A stretch of 64,000 nt of DNA from a virus (taxonomy: Duplodnaviria; Caudoviricetes), in IMG/VR virus record IMGVR_UViG_3300021399_000134, positions 21,279-85,278 of that record; one strand, written 5' to 3'. Position numbers and translations under genes: made by a program. Each line of letters begins with the position of its first letter. Within the stretch, counting starts at the first letter, position 1. The notes beneath the pieces were generated by a model. The model was not told the DNA's origin. It worked only from the letters and a program-made list of their open reading frames with translations, and did not search any database. Positions 29,650-39,169 of this stretch are shown in pieces.

Positions 29650-29886
29650 TCAACCCCCTTCTTCTAAGTCTGTATCAATTTCATAATCTACAGGCATTAT
29701 GCATATGAAATCCGACTTTGCGTAGTCGCCATCATTCAACATACTTTCAACCTGTGTTTTTAATTCGGCTATTGTTTCTGCTTCAAAAATATTTATATTA
29801 CCCTCTGCATCGGTAATCTTTAAATATTTATATGTAGAATTGTTGTCTGCTTTCGATTCTACCTTAGTCATGATTTTATATGACAT
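29650..29886 (-). CDS. Small hypothetical protein
   Basis: 78 aa acidic ORF; CAGGTG RBS. Confidence 0.7.
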   Translation of the reverse strand: MSYKIMTKVESKADNNSTYKYLKITDAEGNINIFEAETIAELKTQVESMLNDGDYAKSDFICIMPVDYEIDTDLEEGG

Positions 29887-29904
29887 TTCAACACCTGCTT
29901 TCTT

Positions 29905-30069
29905 TTAAAGGAATAATGAATTCGTTTCCATTACCCCTTCTAATTCGTATTTTAAGTCTGATGAATTAATGAAAACTATTATGCCAGCATTTTCCGTTAG
30001 GAATTGATAGCCTAGTTTCTTTAATTCCTCAGCTATATCTTTTCGTTTCGTTATTAAAAATTTCTTCAT
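29905..30069 (-). CDS. Small hypothetical protein (54 aa), not in the ORF track
   Basis: Hand translation: MKKFLITKRKDIAEELKKLGYQFLTENAGIIVFINSSDLKYELEGVMETNSLFL*. Confidence 0.65.
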   Translation of the reverse strand: MKKFLITKRKDIAEELKKLGYQFLTENAGIIVFINSSDLKYELEGVMETNSLFL

Positions 30070-30082
30070 ATAAATACCTAAT

Positions 30083-30475
30083 GGCGGAAACCCACTTGCT
30101 TTAGCGGGTGGGAGAAGCCACTTCTCCTTTCCAAAAGTAAGATTTTGTGTTATAATATTACCATAGAGAAAACCGTTGGGTAACCATTGTTACTGAAGGC
30201 ACTCTTTGAACATTGACAAGTTAAGATATGAGGTTTTTCCAACTAATCACTTGGAATGTAAAATCTTAAGTGTTGAAATAACCATCTTAGCTGCAAGCAT
30301 GGGAATTAAGTACCGTTGCAGTTGCATCGGAGCACATCTCCTTTGCAAGGGGCGTTGTCAACCGTCCCGTGATGTAACATCAGCAAGCTCGCTTGTAACA
30401 AAAGTAGGAGACCGCAGGTCGTTCAGACTACTGGATAGTTACAAGCCCACTCACTTTAGTGGGTGGGTAGTTGAC
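30083..30475 (+). mobile_element. Non-autonomous IS200/IS605 (TnpB-type) derivative, 393 bp
   Basis: Left end GGCGGAAACCCACTTGCTTTAGCGGGTGGG and right end ACAAGCCCACTCACTTTAGTGGGTGGGTAGTTGAC are related subterminal hairpins with a CTTTAG loop. GTCAACCGTCC..GTTGAC and TTGTAAC..GTTACAAG pairings resemble the TnpB right-end RNA. GC is higher than in the flanks; no intact transposase. Confidence 0.8.
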
Positions 30476-31995
30476 TCTGAAATACCGTTCTTTTCTTTAT
30501 CTCTTTGTTCAACGCCTTCTTCACTTAAATCGCTTTCATCTTTTTCAGGAGCACCACCTTTTTGTACCCCCATCTGATAACTTGATTGCAAAGGTATCAT
30601 TATATCTTTAATGCCTATAGCATTCTCAAAGAGTATCTTTTGGTATGCTAAATATGGTGTATCGCCAGTTGATGTTAAATAGTCTAACGCTGAGCCACCT
30701 AATGTAGCAGCATCCTTTTTCTCGTTTATATACTCTGTTCTGTTATACCATGTAATCTTATGGATAACTAATTCAACATCAGGGGATATATTTTCGTGTA
30801 TAAAGAAATTTAGCCATGATTGTATTCTCTCTACCCATATCCAACAAGTAGATTCATCATTCTGTATGGCATATTTTAAGCCAGCACTAGAAGTATTACT
30901 TCCACCTGCTACAACTAACTGAGCCGCACCTGCATTATCAAATAAATTTGACATCGACTTTGCTAGTGCGTCTGTATCTTTTGAAGAATTAGAGTTTTCA
31001 AAATTAACAACTTCAACTTCCATTGGCGACCTAGTTACACCAATTAAGTCAGGTACAACTGCCTCCATATAGGATGTATATAATGCCGCTAATTCCTCAG
31101 ATATACCAAAATCATCTACATTATCCCCACCTAATAATGGAATTTTATTGACAATCAACTTGTAATTCTCTAACTCTGTCTTTGATAAAATTATTTGCTC
31201 TAAATCTAACAAGTCAAGTAATGAAATAAAAAGTGGCAAAAAATAAGGCAGAGGACAATCATACTCATCCTCTGCACAAGTTAGTAGCGTAAAGGTTTTT
31301 TCTGGTGGCAATTTAAACCATCTGTATTCCAAACCACCATCTTCTTCAAATTCTTCTAACGCTTTATATTTTTTATAGCCATCTATAAATACTTTATCCC
31401 ATGCTCCATGTCCTTTGCCATCACTACCATAAATATAATTAGTGTTATCGCCTTTATCAAAAAAGGTTGCATCAAAATATACAATCCATTCGCCTGCGGC
31501 ATTCTTTCCATATATTCTGCAATACTGACAATCAAGGGGCATACAAAAGATTCCATCTTCCTCTGAATCATATGTATAACCTACATACATTCCATCTCTA
31601 ATTGCCAAGTATAATGCATTATAGCCTTCCTTTTTTAATTTAAACTTTTCAAAGCGTTTCAAGATAGCAAAGTAATTATTTAGCATAACATCTTTTGCAC
31701 CTTCAACTTTACTCGTCTGTGTAATATTATAATAGAAGAGTGGCATGGCTGCATAATAAGATATTAATTTCTGATATACCATTGAATTTCTACATATAAA
31801 TCTTGATACATCTCGTAATCTATTCTGATTAGCAAAAGGAGAACGCACATACAATTTAATCAAATCCTTAGTGTACTGCATATACTGCCTTCTACTTGAA
31901 TTTGATTCAATTTTTCTTTCAAGTAATTCTCTGATTTCTCGTGCAAAATTAATCATTTCTTCACGAGTCATATATTTTTTTCTCTTTTCTTCCAA
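30451..31995 (-). CDS. Portal protein
   Basis: 514 aa immediately downstream of TerL; the last residues (STTHPLK*) are encoded by the IS end. Confidence 0.8.
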   Translation of the reverse strand: MEEKRKKYMTREEMINFAREIRELLERKIESNSSRRQYMQYTKDLIKLYVRSPFANQNRLRDVSRFICRNSMVYQKLISYYAAMPLFYYNITQTSKVEGAKDVMLNNYFAILKRFEKFKLKKEGYNALYLAIRDGMYVGYTYDSEEDGIFCMPLDCQYCRIYGKNAAGEWIVYFDATFFDKGDNTNYIYGSDGKGHGAWDKVFIDGYKKYKALEEFEEDGGLEYRWFKLPPEKTFTLLTCAEDEYDCPLPYFLPLFISLLDLLDLEQIILSKTELENYKLIVNKIPLLGGDNVDDFGISEELAALYTSYMEAVVPDLIGVTRSPMEVEVVNFENSNSSKDTDALAKSMSNLFDNAGAAQLVVAGGSNTSSAGLKYAIQNDESTCWIWVERIQSWLNFFIHENISPDVELVIHKITWYNRTEYINEKKDAATLGGSALDYLTSTGDTPYLAYQKILFENAIGIKDIMIPLQSSYQMGVQKGGAPEKDESDLSEEGVEQRDKEKNGISESTTHPLK

Positions 31996-32013
31996 GTTTG
32001 CTTCTCCTTTCCT

Positions 32014-33753
32014 TTAAAATCTTTTTACACTTCTAGGTGCTCTGAAAGAAAATAATTTCTTTTTATCTTTATTTTTTTCTTTTTGTGGTTTTAGTTGTGT
32101 TTCTAATTGGTCAACTACCCAGTTATTATAAGCAAGAGAAGAGTATCTATCTTTTCGCATTCCATCTACTTGCTTTACTTTAATGTAATTATTTTTATAT
32201 TCATGATCTAACTTTGCTAATTCGTATACACCAAAAGTAGTGTTTAAGTATGGTTTCTTCACTAAGGCTTGTTTCATTGGTTCTAGTTTGCTATAATTCT
32301 TTACCATTTCCTCAATGTATGTTTCAGATTTTAATAAACTAATTCGCTTGTTTTGTAATGCATTCCTTAACATAACACATATTCTATTATTGAATGCCTC
32401 ACTCGCCTTTACTGACCATACTACTTTATTAGCATCAGGTACTTTACATCTACATGCCATATCATCACTATTAATGAAGGTTAAGGCTTTATATGTTTTA
32501 CCAGTTACTTTATCATATTGGTCTTTAACGATAAAGTCAGCAACACCAATTCCTAAACCTTGTGTATCTAATACAAAGTCTGTACAACCATATTCATAAA
32601 AATATCTCATGGCTATTATGCCTAATTCATCTGTAGTTAGTCCTTCAAAACTTTCACAATATCTATAATTACTGTGGTAACTTGTGTTATCTACTCGCTC
32701 TAAATCATTTATCCAAAAGGCTGATGCGTCATTCTTTCTTCTAGATGTGCTTCTCATTAACGCTACATCGAGTGATAATATTCGCTTGTTACCTAACTTA
32801 ACAGGTGGTATCTTGCCCTCACCTAATGTTGGAAAAGCAGAGGATAGAACTCTACATGAATCAACAATATCAAATTTAAATAGGCTATCTCCCGATTCGC
32901 CTATCCACATACAACCCATTTCCATTTCAAAGGCTATTTCATTAAAGTCCATATCAGACATTTCATCTTCAACTTGCTCTCGCATTAATAAACCTTCTTT
33001 AATACTTAATTGATATGGTAAACCACATACAAAGTATTTTTTCTTGTCATTAAAGAAATTAACGACATACGCCTTTAATTTATCCCATGCCCATGATGAT
33101 TTAAAATAGGCTGATGTTAAATATATTTCTTTGTTTCTTTCCAATAAATGAGCGTATTTTGGATTATCTAAATATTTTGGTTGTCTTGGATTTGATAAAA
33201 ATTTTCTGAATATTAAATCTACCATTGGTTTAGGTATTAATCTAAACTCGTCTAGTATCAATATATTCGCTCTTTTACCTCTAGCTGTCTCGGTGGCTGT
33301 GACCGCTTGTATCCATGAACCACCTTTTGAACCACCTTTAAATGTTATAATATTTTCATTTAATGTGATTTTTACATCTTCAATTTCATTTCGTAGCATA
33401 GGACTCATGGGCATTAATTCTTCTCGTATTTTTAATAATACTTCTTTCGCTTGCTTTAATGTTCCTGAACATACTACGATTTTCGTGCCAGGGAAAAGTA
33501 TACATCTTACACAACAAAATAATGCAGTTAAAAATGTTTTACCCATTCCTCTTGCTGCTATCATCATAAAATAATGATTATGCATCATGGCATATATTAA
33601 TATTGATTGGAATGTTCGTAATTTAATTTGTAAAAAATCAGCAACAAATCTTTGTGGATTACATCTATAAAAACCAGCTCTCCATGCAACTGTTTCTTTT
33701 ATTTTCTTTTCTTTAGCAGCCTCTAATTCTACAACACTTTTTTTATCAGACAT
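32014..33753 (-). CDS. terL: Terminase large subunit
   Basis: AARGMGKT Walker A, ARGKRANILILDEFR Walker B, nuclease LSLDVA..KDRYSSLAY. ATG at 33753 overlaps the TerS stop (track start 33780). Confidence 0.9.
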   Translation of the reverse strand: MSDKKSVVELEAAKEKKIKETVAWRAGFYRCNPQRFVADFLQIKLRTFQSILIYAMMHNHYFMMIAARGMGKTFLTALFCCVRCILFPGTKIVVCSGTLKQAKEVLLKIREELMPMSPMLRNEIEDVKITLNENIITFKGGSKGGSWIQAVTATETARGKRANILILDEFRLIPKPMVDLIFRKFLSNPRQPKYLDNPKYAHLLERNKEIYLTSAYFKSSWAWDKLKAYVVNFFNDKKKYFVCGLPYQLSIKEGLLMREQVEDEMSDMDFNEIAFEMEMGCMWIGESGDSLFKFDIVDSCRVLSSAFPTLGEGKIPPVKLGNKRILSLDVALMRSTSRRKNDASAFWINDLERVDNTSYHSNYRYCESFEGLTTDELGIIAMRYFYEYGCTDFVLDTQGLGIGVADFIVKDQYDKVTGKTYKALTFINSDDMACRCKVPDANKVVWSVKASEAFNNRICVMLRNALQNKRISLLKSETYIEEMVKNYSKLEPMKQALVKKPYLNTTFGVYELAKLDHEYKNNYIKVKQVDGMRKDRYSSLAYNNWVVDQLETQLKPQKEKNKDKKKLFSFRAPRSVKRF

Positions 33754-34825
33754 CTGTTTGATCTCCAAATAATTTATCAAAGATTTCTTCTGAATCAGAA
33801 TCTTCTGTATATTCTGGTTTATTAACCGTTAATTTCTTCATAAATGTGTCATATAATCTGCTAAAGCCATTTTTGAAATTCATCATCTTTGATAAGTGAC
33901 CTTTAAAGAATACATCTATATATAAACCTATTTTATCAACATCTTTAAATTCTTCTGATGGTTCAGGAATAGGTTGAGTTGATTCCCAGTCATCTATCAT
34001 TTCGCCAAATGATTTCGCGTCTGTTAATGAATTACTGTTATTTTGAGATGGTTTTATTTGTAAGGATGCCATTAAGTCTTGTAAAGTTTTTAATAATTCC
34101 TTAGTATCTTTTCCTGTTCGCTGACTTTTATTTATATTTAATTGTGTAAAGCATATACTTTCAAATAGTATTTCTTGTGATTTATTTTCACATGGATACC
34201 TGCTTATCCAATCTTCATATTCTTTTTCTAAAAATATTAAGTCGTTAACGGGATAATCTATTCCAAAATGTTCCCTTGCTTTATTTAATAATTCATTTTC
34301 ATTTTCAAATTGCTCGTCTATGTGAGATGTGTCTTGCTCTATAATACTGTCTTTGAAGGTCATGCCCCTATAATATGGCATGGCTTGTATAGTTGTTATT
34401 GCTTGTTGATAAGCTGTACTTCTATTTTTTTCGCCTGAGGCTTCAGTAACAATTTTAACAGAGTTTTGGTATACACTCTCTAAAAATGGTTTATCAAGCA
34501 TACGAAAAACGTTTATTGTTTTCTCTTTGTTATCTATATACTTTTTGTTTTTTTCGTCATAGTCACACGCCATGTTTAATAGACATTCTTTGCAAATGGG
34601 ATATAAACCACTTACGCACCATCTACAGTTATAAAAATGTATCTTATTTTTCCATGTTCCACAAGTATGACAAAAAACTAATTCATTATCTAGTATCTTA
34701 TTATACGTTGGTGCAAATTCCTTAAATCGTGCTTTAACACCAGCGGCACTCATTCTACCAATAGAATTGTTTTCTGGTGCTCTTTCTAATTTACCCATTA
34801 TCCTATCAATCCTTTCAATTTCCAA
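33746..34825 (-). CDS. Putative terminase small subunit with N-terminal zinc finger
   Basis: CHTC..CRWC..CKEC motifs; overlaps the TerL start; position as in SPbeta-like phages. Confidence 0.6.
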   Translation of the reverse strand: MEIERIDRIMGKLERAPENNSIGRMSAAGVKARFKEFAPTYNKILDNELVFCHTCGTWKNKIHFYNCRWCVSGLYPICKECLLNMACDYDEKNKKYIDNKEKTINVFRMLDKPFLESVYQNSVKIVTEASGEKNRSTAYQQAITTIQAMPYYRGMTFKDSIIEQDTSHIDEQFENENELLNKAREHFGIDYPVNDLIFLEKEYEDWISRYPCENKSQEILFESICFTQLNINKSQRTGKDTKELLKTLQDLMASLQIKPSQNNSNSLTDAKSFGEMIDDWESTQPIPEPSEEFKDVDKIGLYIDVFFKGHLSKMMNFKNGFSRLYDTFMKKLTVNKPEYTEDSDSEEIFDKLFGDQTDV

Positions 34826-34834
34826 AATGTTAAA

Positions 34835-34864
34835 AAAGGGATTACCAAAACTGGTAATCCCTTT
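34835..34864 (-). terminator. Intrinsic terminator-like hairpin after the HU gene
   Basis: AAAGGGATTACCA-AAAC-TGGTAATCCCTTT perfect stem with a T-run on the minus strand. Confidence 0.65.
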
Positions 34865-34893
34865 GCATTATAGGAGGTACATGAAAAAAGTCT

Positions 34894-35187
34894 TTAATCT
34901 TTTTTCGCTTTTAGTTGTTTATCGAATGTTGGAAGTGGTTTAATTTTTAATATGTATGTCGGTCCTGCGTCATATCGTTCGCCATTATAAGGGTTGTACC
35001 TTGTTCTAGGCTCTACTTTCTGTAAATAAATATAGAAATCTTCGAATCTAACTTTATGACCTTCTAACAATAAATCATGTATACTGCTATTAATACACTT
35101 TAAATATTTAGCAGTTTCTTTGATTGTTAAACCATGTTTATTTGCTGTTAACTTAGCAAGTTTCTTTTGTGTTACTCCATAATCCAT
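34894..35187 (-). CDS. HU/IHF-family DNA-binding protein
   Basis: 97 aa basic protein; helices followed by KVRFEDF..EPRTRYNPYNGERY arm motif. Confidence 0.8.
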   Translation of the reverse strand: MDYGVTQKKLAKLTANKHGLTIKETAKYLKCINSSIHDLLLEGHKVRFEDFYIYLQKVEPRTRYNPYNGERYDAGPTYILKIKPLPTFDKQLKAKKD

Positions 35188-35244
35188 ATAATCCTTTTAT
35201 CCTTTCTGAATAGTATCTACTATATTTCTCCTCATGTACTTGTG

Positions 35245-35301
35245 TAATAAACTATATCTATAGTTTATTAGAATTTTCTATAAACTACATTTATAGTTTA
35301 T
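35245..35301. promoter_or_regulatory. Two tandem palindromes ATAAACTA-N6-TAGTTTAT
   Basis: Sites at 35247-35268 and 35280-35301 with identical arms and spacer length, 33 bp apart. Confidence 0.6.
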
Positions 35302-37903
35302 TGGATTTTCTAGTGTAGTTAGTAAAGCATTTAAGAAATTTTTCTTTATTGGATAGGTACAATATATTCATTAATTTATTACCTAATGTTAAAAATTCCT
35401 TACTACGAATTTCGGTTGTGCCTGGTTTACTTTTGCGTTTAGTCCTATACTTTGGTTCGAGAGTAGCTCTTATTACATAATGCATAGTGTGAAGAGAAAT
35501 TTTATACTTTTTTAATGCATCTATTATTTCTTGTATTTCCATTAACATAACCTCTTCATCATAACCATCCATAGCAACTAATTGACAAGTCTTATAATAT
35601 TTTTCAGCAATAGTTTTTATCTTATGACCTTGCCTACGATTTACTTTTGGTAATTCATCAATATCAGTAATGTAATACCCTATATAATCAGCAGATGTAC
35701 GTGGAGTTTTAGCAATACAGTTTAACCAATCCTGAACATAATTCATAGGGCATTGAATGTCGTAATTAATTTTCTCTTTTATTTTATTACGCTCTTTCTT
35801 AACCTCGTTGTATGGTAGCGATCTGCCATTCTTGGAAGTCTTTACGGTTTTTGTATACTTCATAAAGTATGGTAGGGCATGACCTGATTGCATACATTCC
35901 ATATTGCGTATGCGTTTTATTTCTTTGGCAGTATCAATGTTATATGAACGCTTTATGCCATCTATAGCCACTTGAGCAATAACAGCTAAAATAACAAAGT
36001 TTTCATATAATTGCCTAGCAACTTGCATATCAGGCTTTTCTTTTGCTAATTCAGTCCAATATAAACTCACTGCAATTTGTGCAAGGTTTGATGATTCCCC
36101 TATATCCCTTTGTGCTTTAGCCATATTGGAATCCATCTTTGCAAAATCTTCTGGTGTGTTATTATAGGTTAAACCACTTTCAGCAATTTCGTTTACTACT
36201 GTAGGATATTCCTCGTAGCATTGTTTAGCACTCTTTACTAATACTTCTTGGTTAGTAACAAATAAAAAGTCTGAATCAAAATCTGAACCATTACTCCTAT
36301 CCTGAAAGTCTGTGCCTATATTATTTATGGCTATTATGTTTTGTGAAAATGCAAAGTATTTATCCATCTCAGGAGAGTAGTGGTTATGCAAGTAAATTAT
36401 ATTATTGCTACTATTATGTGGGGAACGATACCCTGCGAGATACTCGCCATCCTTAAATCTTCTAGTGTAACATTGAATTACACCAGTTTCTTGACATAGG
36501 GTAGGGTCTGCTTGCCAATTTTCGCCTACGCTATACAGCAATAAAGCATAAGGATTACCACAAGTAGTTAGGTTATCTCCTTCAACAATTATTTTACCTG
36601 AACGCAATTTAGTAACATAACTTTGAATGATACGCCATTTCTCTTCTCTAAAATAATCGCTATTAGCGATTGTAGGGTAGTGGTGGTACAAGTCTGCCAG
36701 CATTTCATAATGATTTACTAAAGTTGCATTTTTTCTTAAAAACTTTTCATATTCATCACTATCTTTTTTTAGTAATTCCACATATTTAACAGTAGTGCTT
36801 ACAACATCCCTTACTTCATCCTTAGTGCAAGGTATAGTATTAACCATCTGGTAACTCATTTGTTGCACATTACCTAGTTTAGAAGTGTGGTCAGTTTTAA
36901 CAATACCCCAGTATTCGCCATCTGCCTTTACTTTATCACACCAATATGCATAAGGGTTATCGCCCATTATATCCATAAACTTTTTCCACTTAATTGCATT
37001 ATCAGTAGTAATAATCTTTATATCCTTTACTAGATGTGTATTACCAAACATATCTGTAATAGTAGCAGTATCATACTCAGCACCGTAATAATCCTTAAAA
37101 AACATTTGCATCCTAGTTTTAAAAGCACAAGCCTTAAAAAAATGATTACGCAATAAGCACATACCATTTATCCAATCAGGACAACTATCAATATCAATTA
37201 ATGCCATACCATCCCACACAGTATTGCATACATCTCGCTCTTCCGTTATAACATGACATTGTTCCCCATCGGAATATACAACCTCAGCCATAGTTTTATA
37301 TAAACTATCCTTATCATTTAAAATTACTACGTCATTGACTGGAATATGTACAACACCTTCTATAGTAGAAGTGGAGAGTGGGGCATAAGCTGATAATTCA
37401 ACTATTTTAGCTTTTTCTTGTGGTAAGCGTAAACCCATTGTTAACCACTGATGCGCCTTATCGTATAATTCTGCTCTAATAAACATGCATTGACCTGTCT
37501 TGGCTTTAGAGGGATTACGATACAACATCTTATAATGAATTACTTCATCATTATAATATTTAATATCTACGCCATTCTCATAAAACATTTTGCGTAATTC
37601 TTCCTTACTTATTTTGACATACTTATCAGAATTTTTAGTACATCTTTCTAGTAATTCATTCTTTCGCTCATCATCTAGTTTTAATGCTTTTATGTGTCGC
37701 ATTTCGTCAGCAAAATCCCTAGTACCAAAATTAAATTTGATACATACTATGTCTTTTGTGCTTTGTATCTCTGGCATATGTCTACTAAACAAACTGTCGC
37801 AAAACATAGCGTCTGTATAATCATATCGGTCTCTTAAACCTATATTATACAAGTACAATGTTGCAGCATGAAATGTGCGTATCTTTAAACTAATTACAAT
37901 CAC
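35291..37903 (-). CDS. yonO: YonO-like single-subunit (two-barrel) DNA-dependent RNA polymerase
   Basis: 870 aa; RSPHNS and NGSDFDSDF catalytic-loop motifs; also YRNPSKAKTG, RNHFFKAC and QAVAIDGIK-like segments; upstream of the structural operon as in SPbeta. Confidence 0.85.
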   Translation of the reverse strand: MIVISLKIRTFHAATLYLYNIGLRDRYDYTDAMFCDSLFSRHMPEIQSTKDIVCIKFNFGTRDFADEMRHIKALKLDDERKNELLERCTKNSDKYVKISKEELRKMFYENGVDIKYYNDEVIHYKMLYRNPSKAKTGQCMFIRAELYDKAHQWLTMGLRLPQEKAKIVELSAYAPLSTSTIEGVVHIPVNDVVILNDKDSLYKTMAEVVYSDGEQCHVITEERDVCNTVWDGMALIDIDSCPDWINGMCLLRNHFFKACAFKTRMQMFFKDYYGAEYDTATITDMFGNTHLVKDIKIITTDNAIKWKKFMDIMGDNPYAYWCDKVKADGEYWGIVKTDHTSKLGNVQQMSYQMVNTIPCTKDEVRDVVSTTVKYVELLKKDSDEYEKFLRKNATLVNHYEMLADLYHHYPTIANSDYFREEKWRIIQSYVTKLRSGKIIVEGDNLTTCGNPYALLLYSVGENWQADPTLCQETGVIQCYTRRFKDGEYLAGYRSPHNSSNNIIYLHNHYSPEMDKYFAFSQNIIAINNIGTDFQDRSNGSDFDSDFLFVTNQEVLVKSAKQCYEEYPTVVNEIAESGLTYNNTPEDFAKMDSNMAKAQRDIGESSNLAQIAVSLYWTELAKEKPDMQVARQLYENFVILAVIAQVAIDGIKRSYNIDTAKEIKRIRNMECMQSGHALPYFMKYTKTVKTSKNGRSLPYNEVKKERNKIKEKINYDIQCPMNYVQDWLNCIAKTPRTSADYIGYYITDIDELPKVNRRQGHKIKTIAEKYYKTCQLVAMDGYDEEVMLMEIQEIIDALKKYKISLHTMHYVIRATLEPKYRTKRKSKPGTTEIRSKEFLTLGNKLMNILYLSNKEKFLKCFTNYTRKSNKL

Positions 37904-37942
37904 CCACTTTCTAAAAATACTTCTTCTTCTAATAATAACCGA

Positions 37943-39166
37943 TTAACTATTAAAATTCAAGAGCCAAGTGTTAAATAATGTACGCATTCTGATACTAGGT
38001 ACATATATATTTACAGTTTCGCCCTTCCTGATTCTACTTCGCCATATAAATTGTAGCATTTCTGATAAGGCATATTCATCCTCGTCTATCTCTACATTAT
38101 AACTAGCAAAAAACTTTCTGTCATACGGATTAACATATCTATTTACTAAATATGCTATAGAACTCTTGTCTGAATATTTATTAGTGGCTAGCATATTTAA
38201 TGATACAAAACCTAGTTTGTACCCTCCACCACTTACCTGCTCTTGGTAGTCCATAAAAGTAGTCCACATGTTTTGCTTGCTCTTGCTCGTTACCACCTTA
38301 TTAAAATAATTTTGCGTGTTTCGCCTGAGCGTTTCTAGTTGATCTGGACTAGCTTTCTCATACCATAATTTACATAAAGACCTCGGTTTACTCCCTATAT
38401 CATTTATTTTGTGCTTATTGATTATGTTAAATAATTCTAGATTTAAATGCCTACTTTGACTCTCTAGGGTAAATTTGCTATTCTTAACCCACATCTTCTT
38501 ATACTTTACTTCATTTAATTTAAAGTACCAAGAGAGTGGCTGCCCTTCAAATTTATACGTTAATATATATACTTCCCTAAAAGCATAAAACATCCTGATA
38601 GGAAACATTGAGTAAAAATACTGCCCCTCATCATAATACAAATCTCGTATCTTCATCGCATTCCTTAAACTATTAAACGCTCCAAACGGATGCCCTACCC
38701 ATTGTATACCATGCCTACTCTCTACTATTAAACCTACTCGCTTTAACTCATTATAGTCTTTCTGGTTGAATTTTAAATCTGTCTTGTATTTACCTACTGG
38801 ATTGATACACTCATCCATTATTAAAGTGTATCCTCTGTCTTGTATCATCTTCCTACATTCATTGTCAAACTTATGGAATAACGCATGAGTACATACTATA
38901 TCTACTCCTTGATACAACAACCACTTTACATTCTCTATCTTACTATCACCCTTTGGACTTATCATTCGACACTCCCCACTATACCGACTTACTTCCGATA
39001 AGTATGGCGTTACTACTAAGAATTTCTTCCTCTTCTCTGTTTGTATCTTCTGAATTGCACTTTTCGTTTTTCCACTTCCCATTATATCATCTACTACATA
39101 TACCCTGATTTTGACCACCTCCTCAAATGTGCTAAATACTATACTACTTACTTGCTTATTTGTCAA
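37943..39166 (-). CDS. SF2 helicase-like P-loop protein (candidate origin-binding protein)
   Basis: DDIMGSGKT Walker A, LIMDE Walker B, and a C-terminal QFIWRSRIRKGE motif VI-like segment; start codon uncertain. Confidence 0.7.
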   Translation of the reverse strand: MTNKQVSSIVFSTFEEVVKIRVYVVDDIMGSGKTKSAIQKIQTEKRKKFLVVTPYLSEVSRYSGECRMISPKGDSKIENVKWLLYQGVDIVCTHALFHKFDNECRKMIQDRGYTLIMDECINPVGKYKTDLKFNQKDYNELKRVGLIVESRHGIQWVGHPFGAFNSLRNAMKIRDLYYDEGQYFYSMFPIRMFYAFREVYILTYKFEGQPLSWYFKLNEVKYKKMWVKNSKFTLESQSRHLNLELFNIINKHKINDIGSKPRSLCKLWYEKASPDQLETLRRNTQNYFNKVVTSKSKQNMWTTFMDYQEQVSGGGYKLGFVSLNMLATNKYSDKSSIAYLVNRYVNPYDRKFFASYNVEIDEDEYALSEMLQFIWRSRIRKGETVNIYVPSIRMRTLFNTWLLNFNS

Positions 39167-39169
39167 ATC

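Noticed and set aside
30083-30475. Group I intron/IStron in the portal gene
   Set aside because: The element is oriented opposite to portal transcription and I saw no group I core motifs.
30206-30577. 123 aa plus-strand ORF as a functional gene
   Set aside because: It runs through the IS right end into the antisense of the portal; at most a decayed TnpB fragment.
34872-34945. GGAGGT-ACATG mini-ORF on the plus strand opposite the HU gene end
   Set aside because: About 20 codons, RBS spacing too short, antisense to a real gene.
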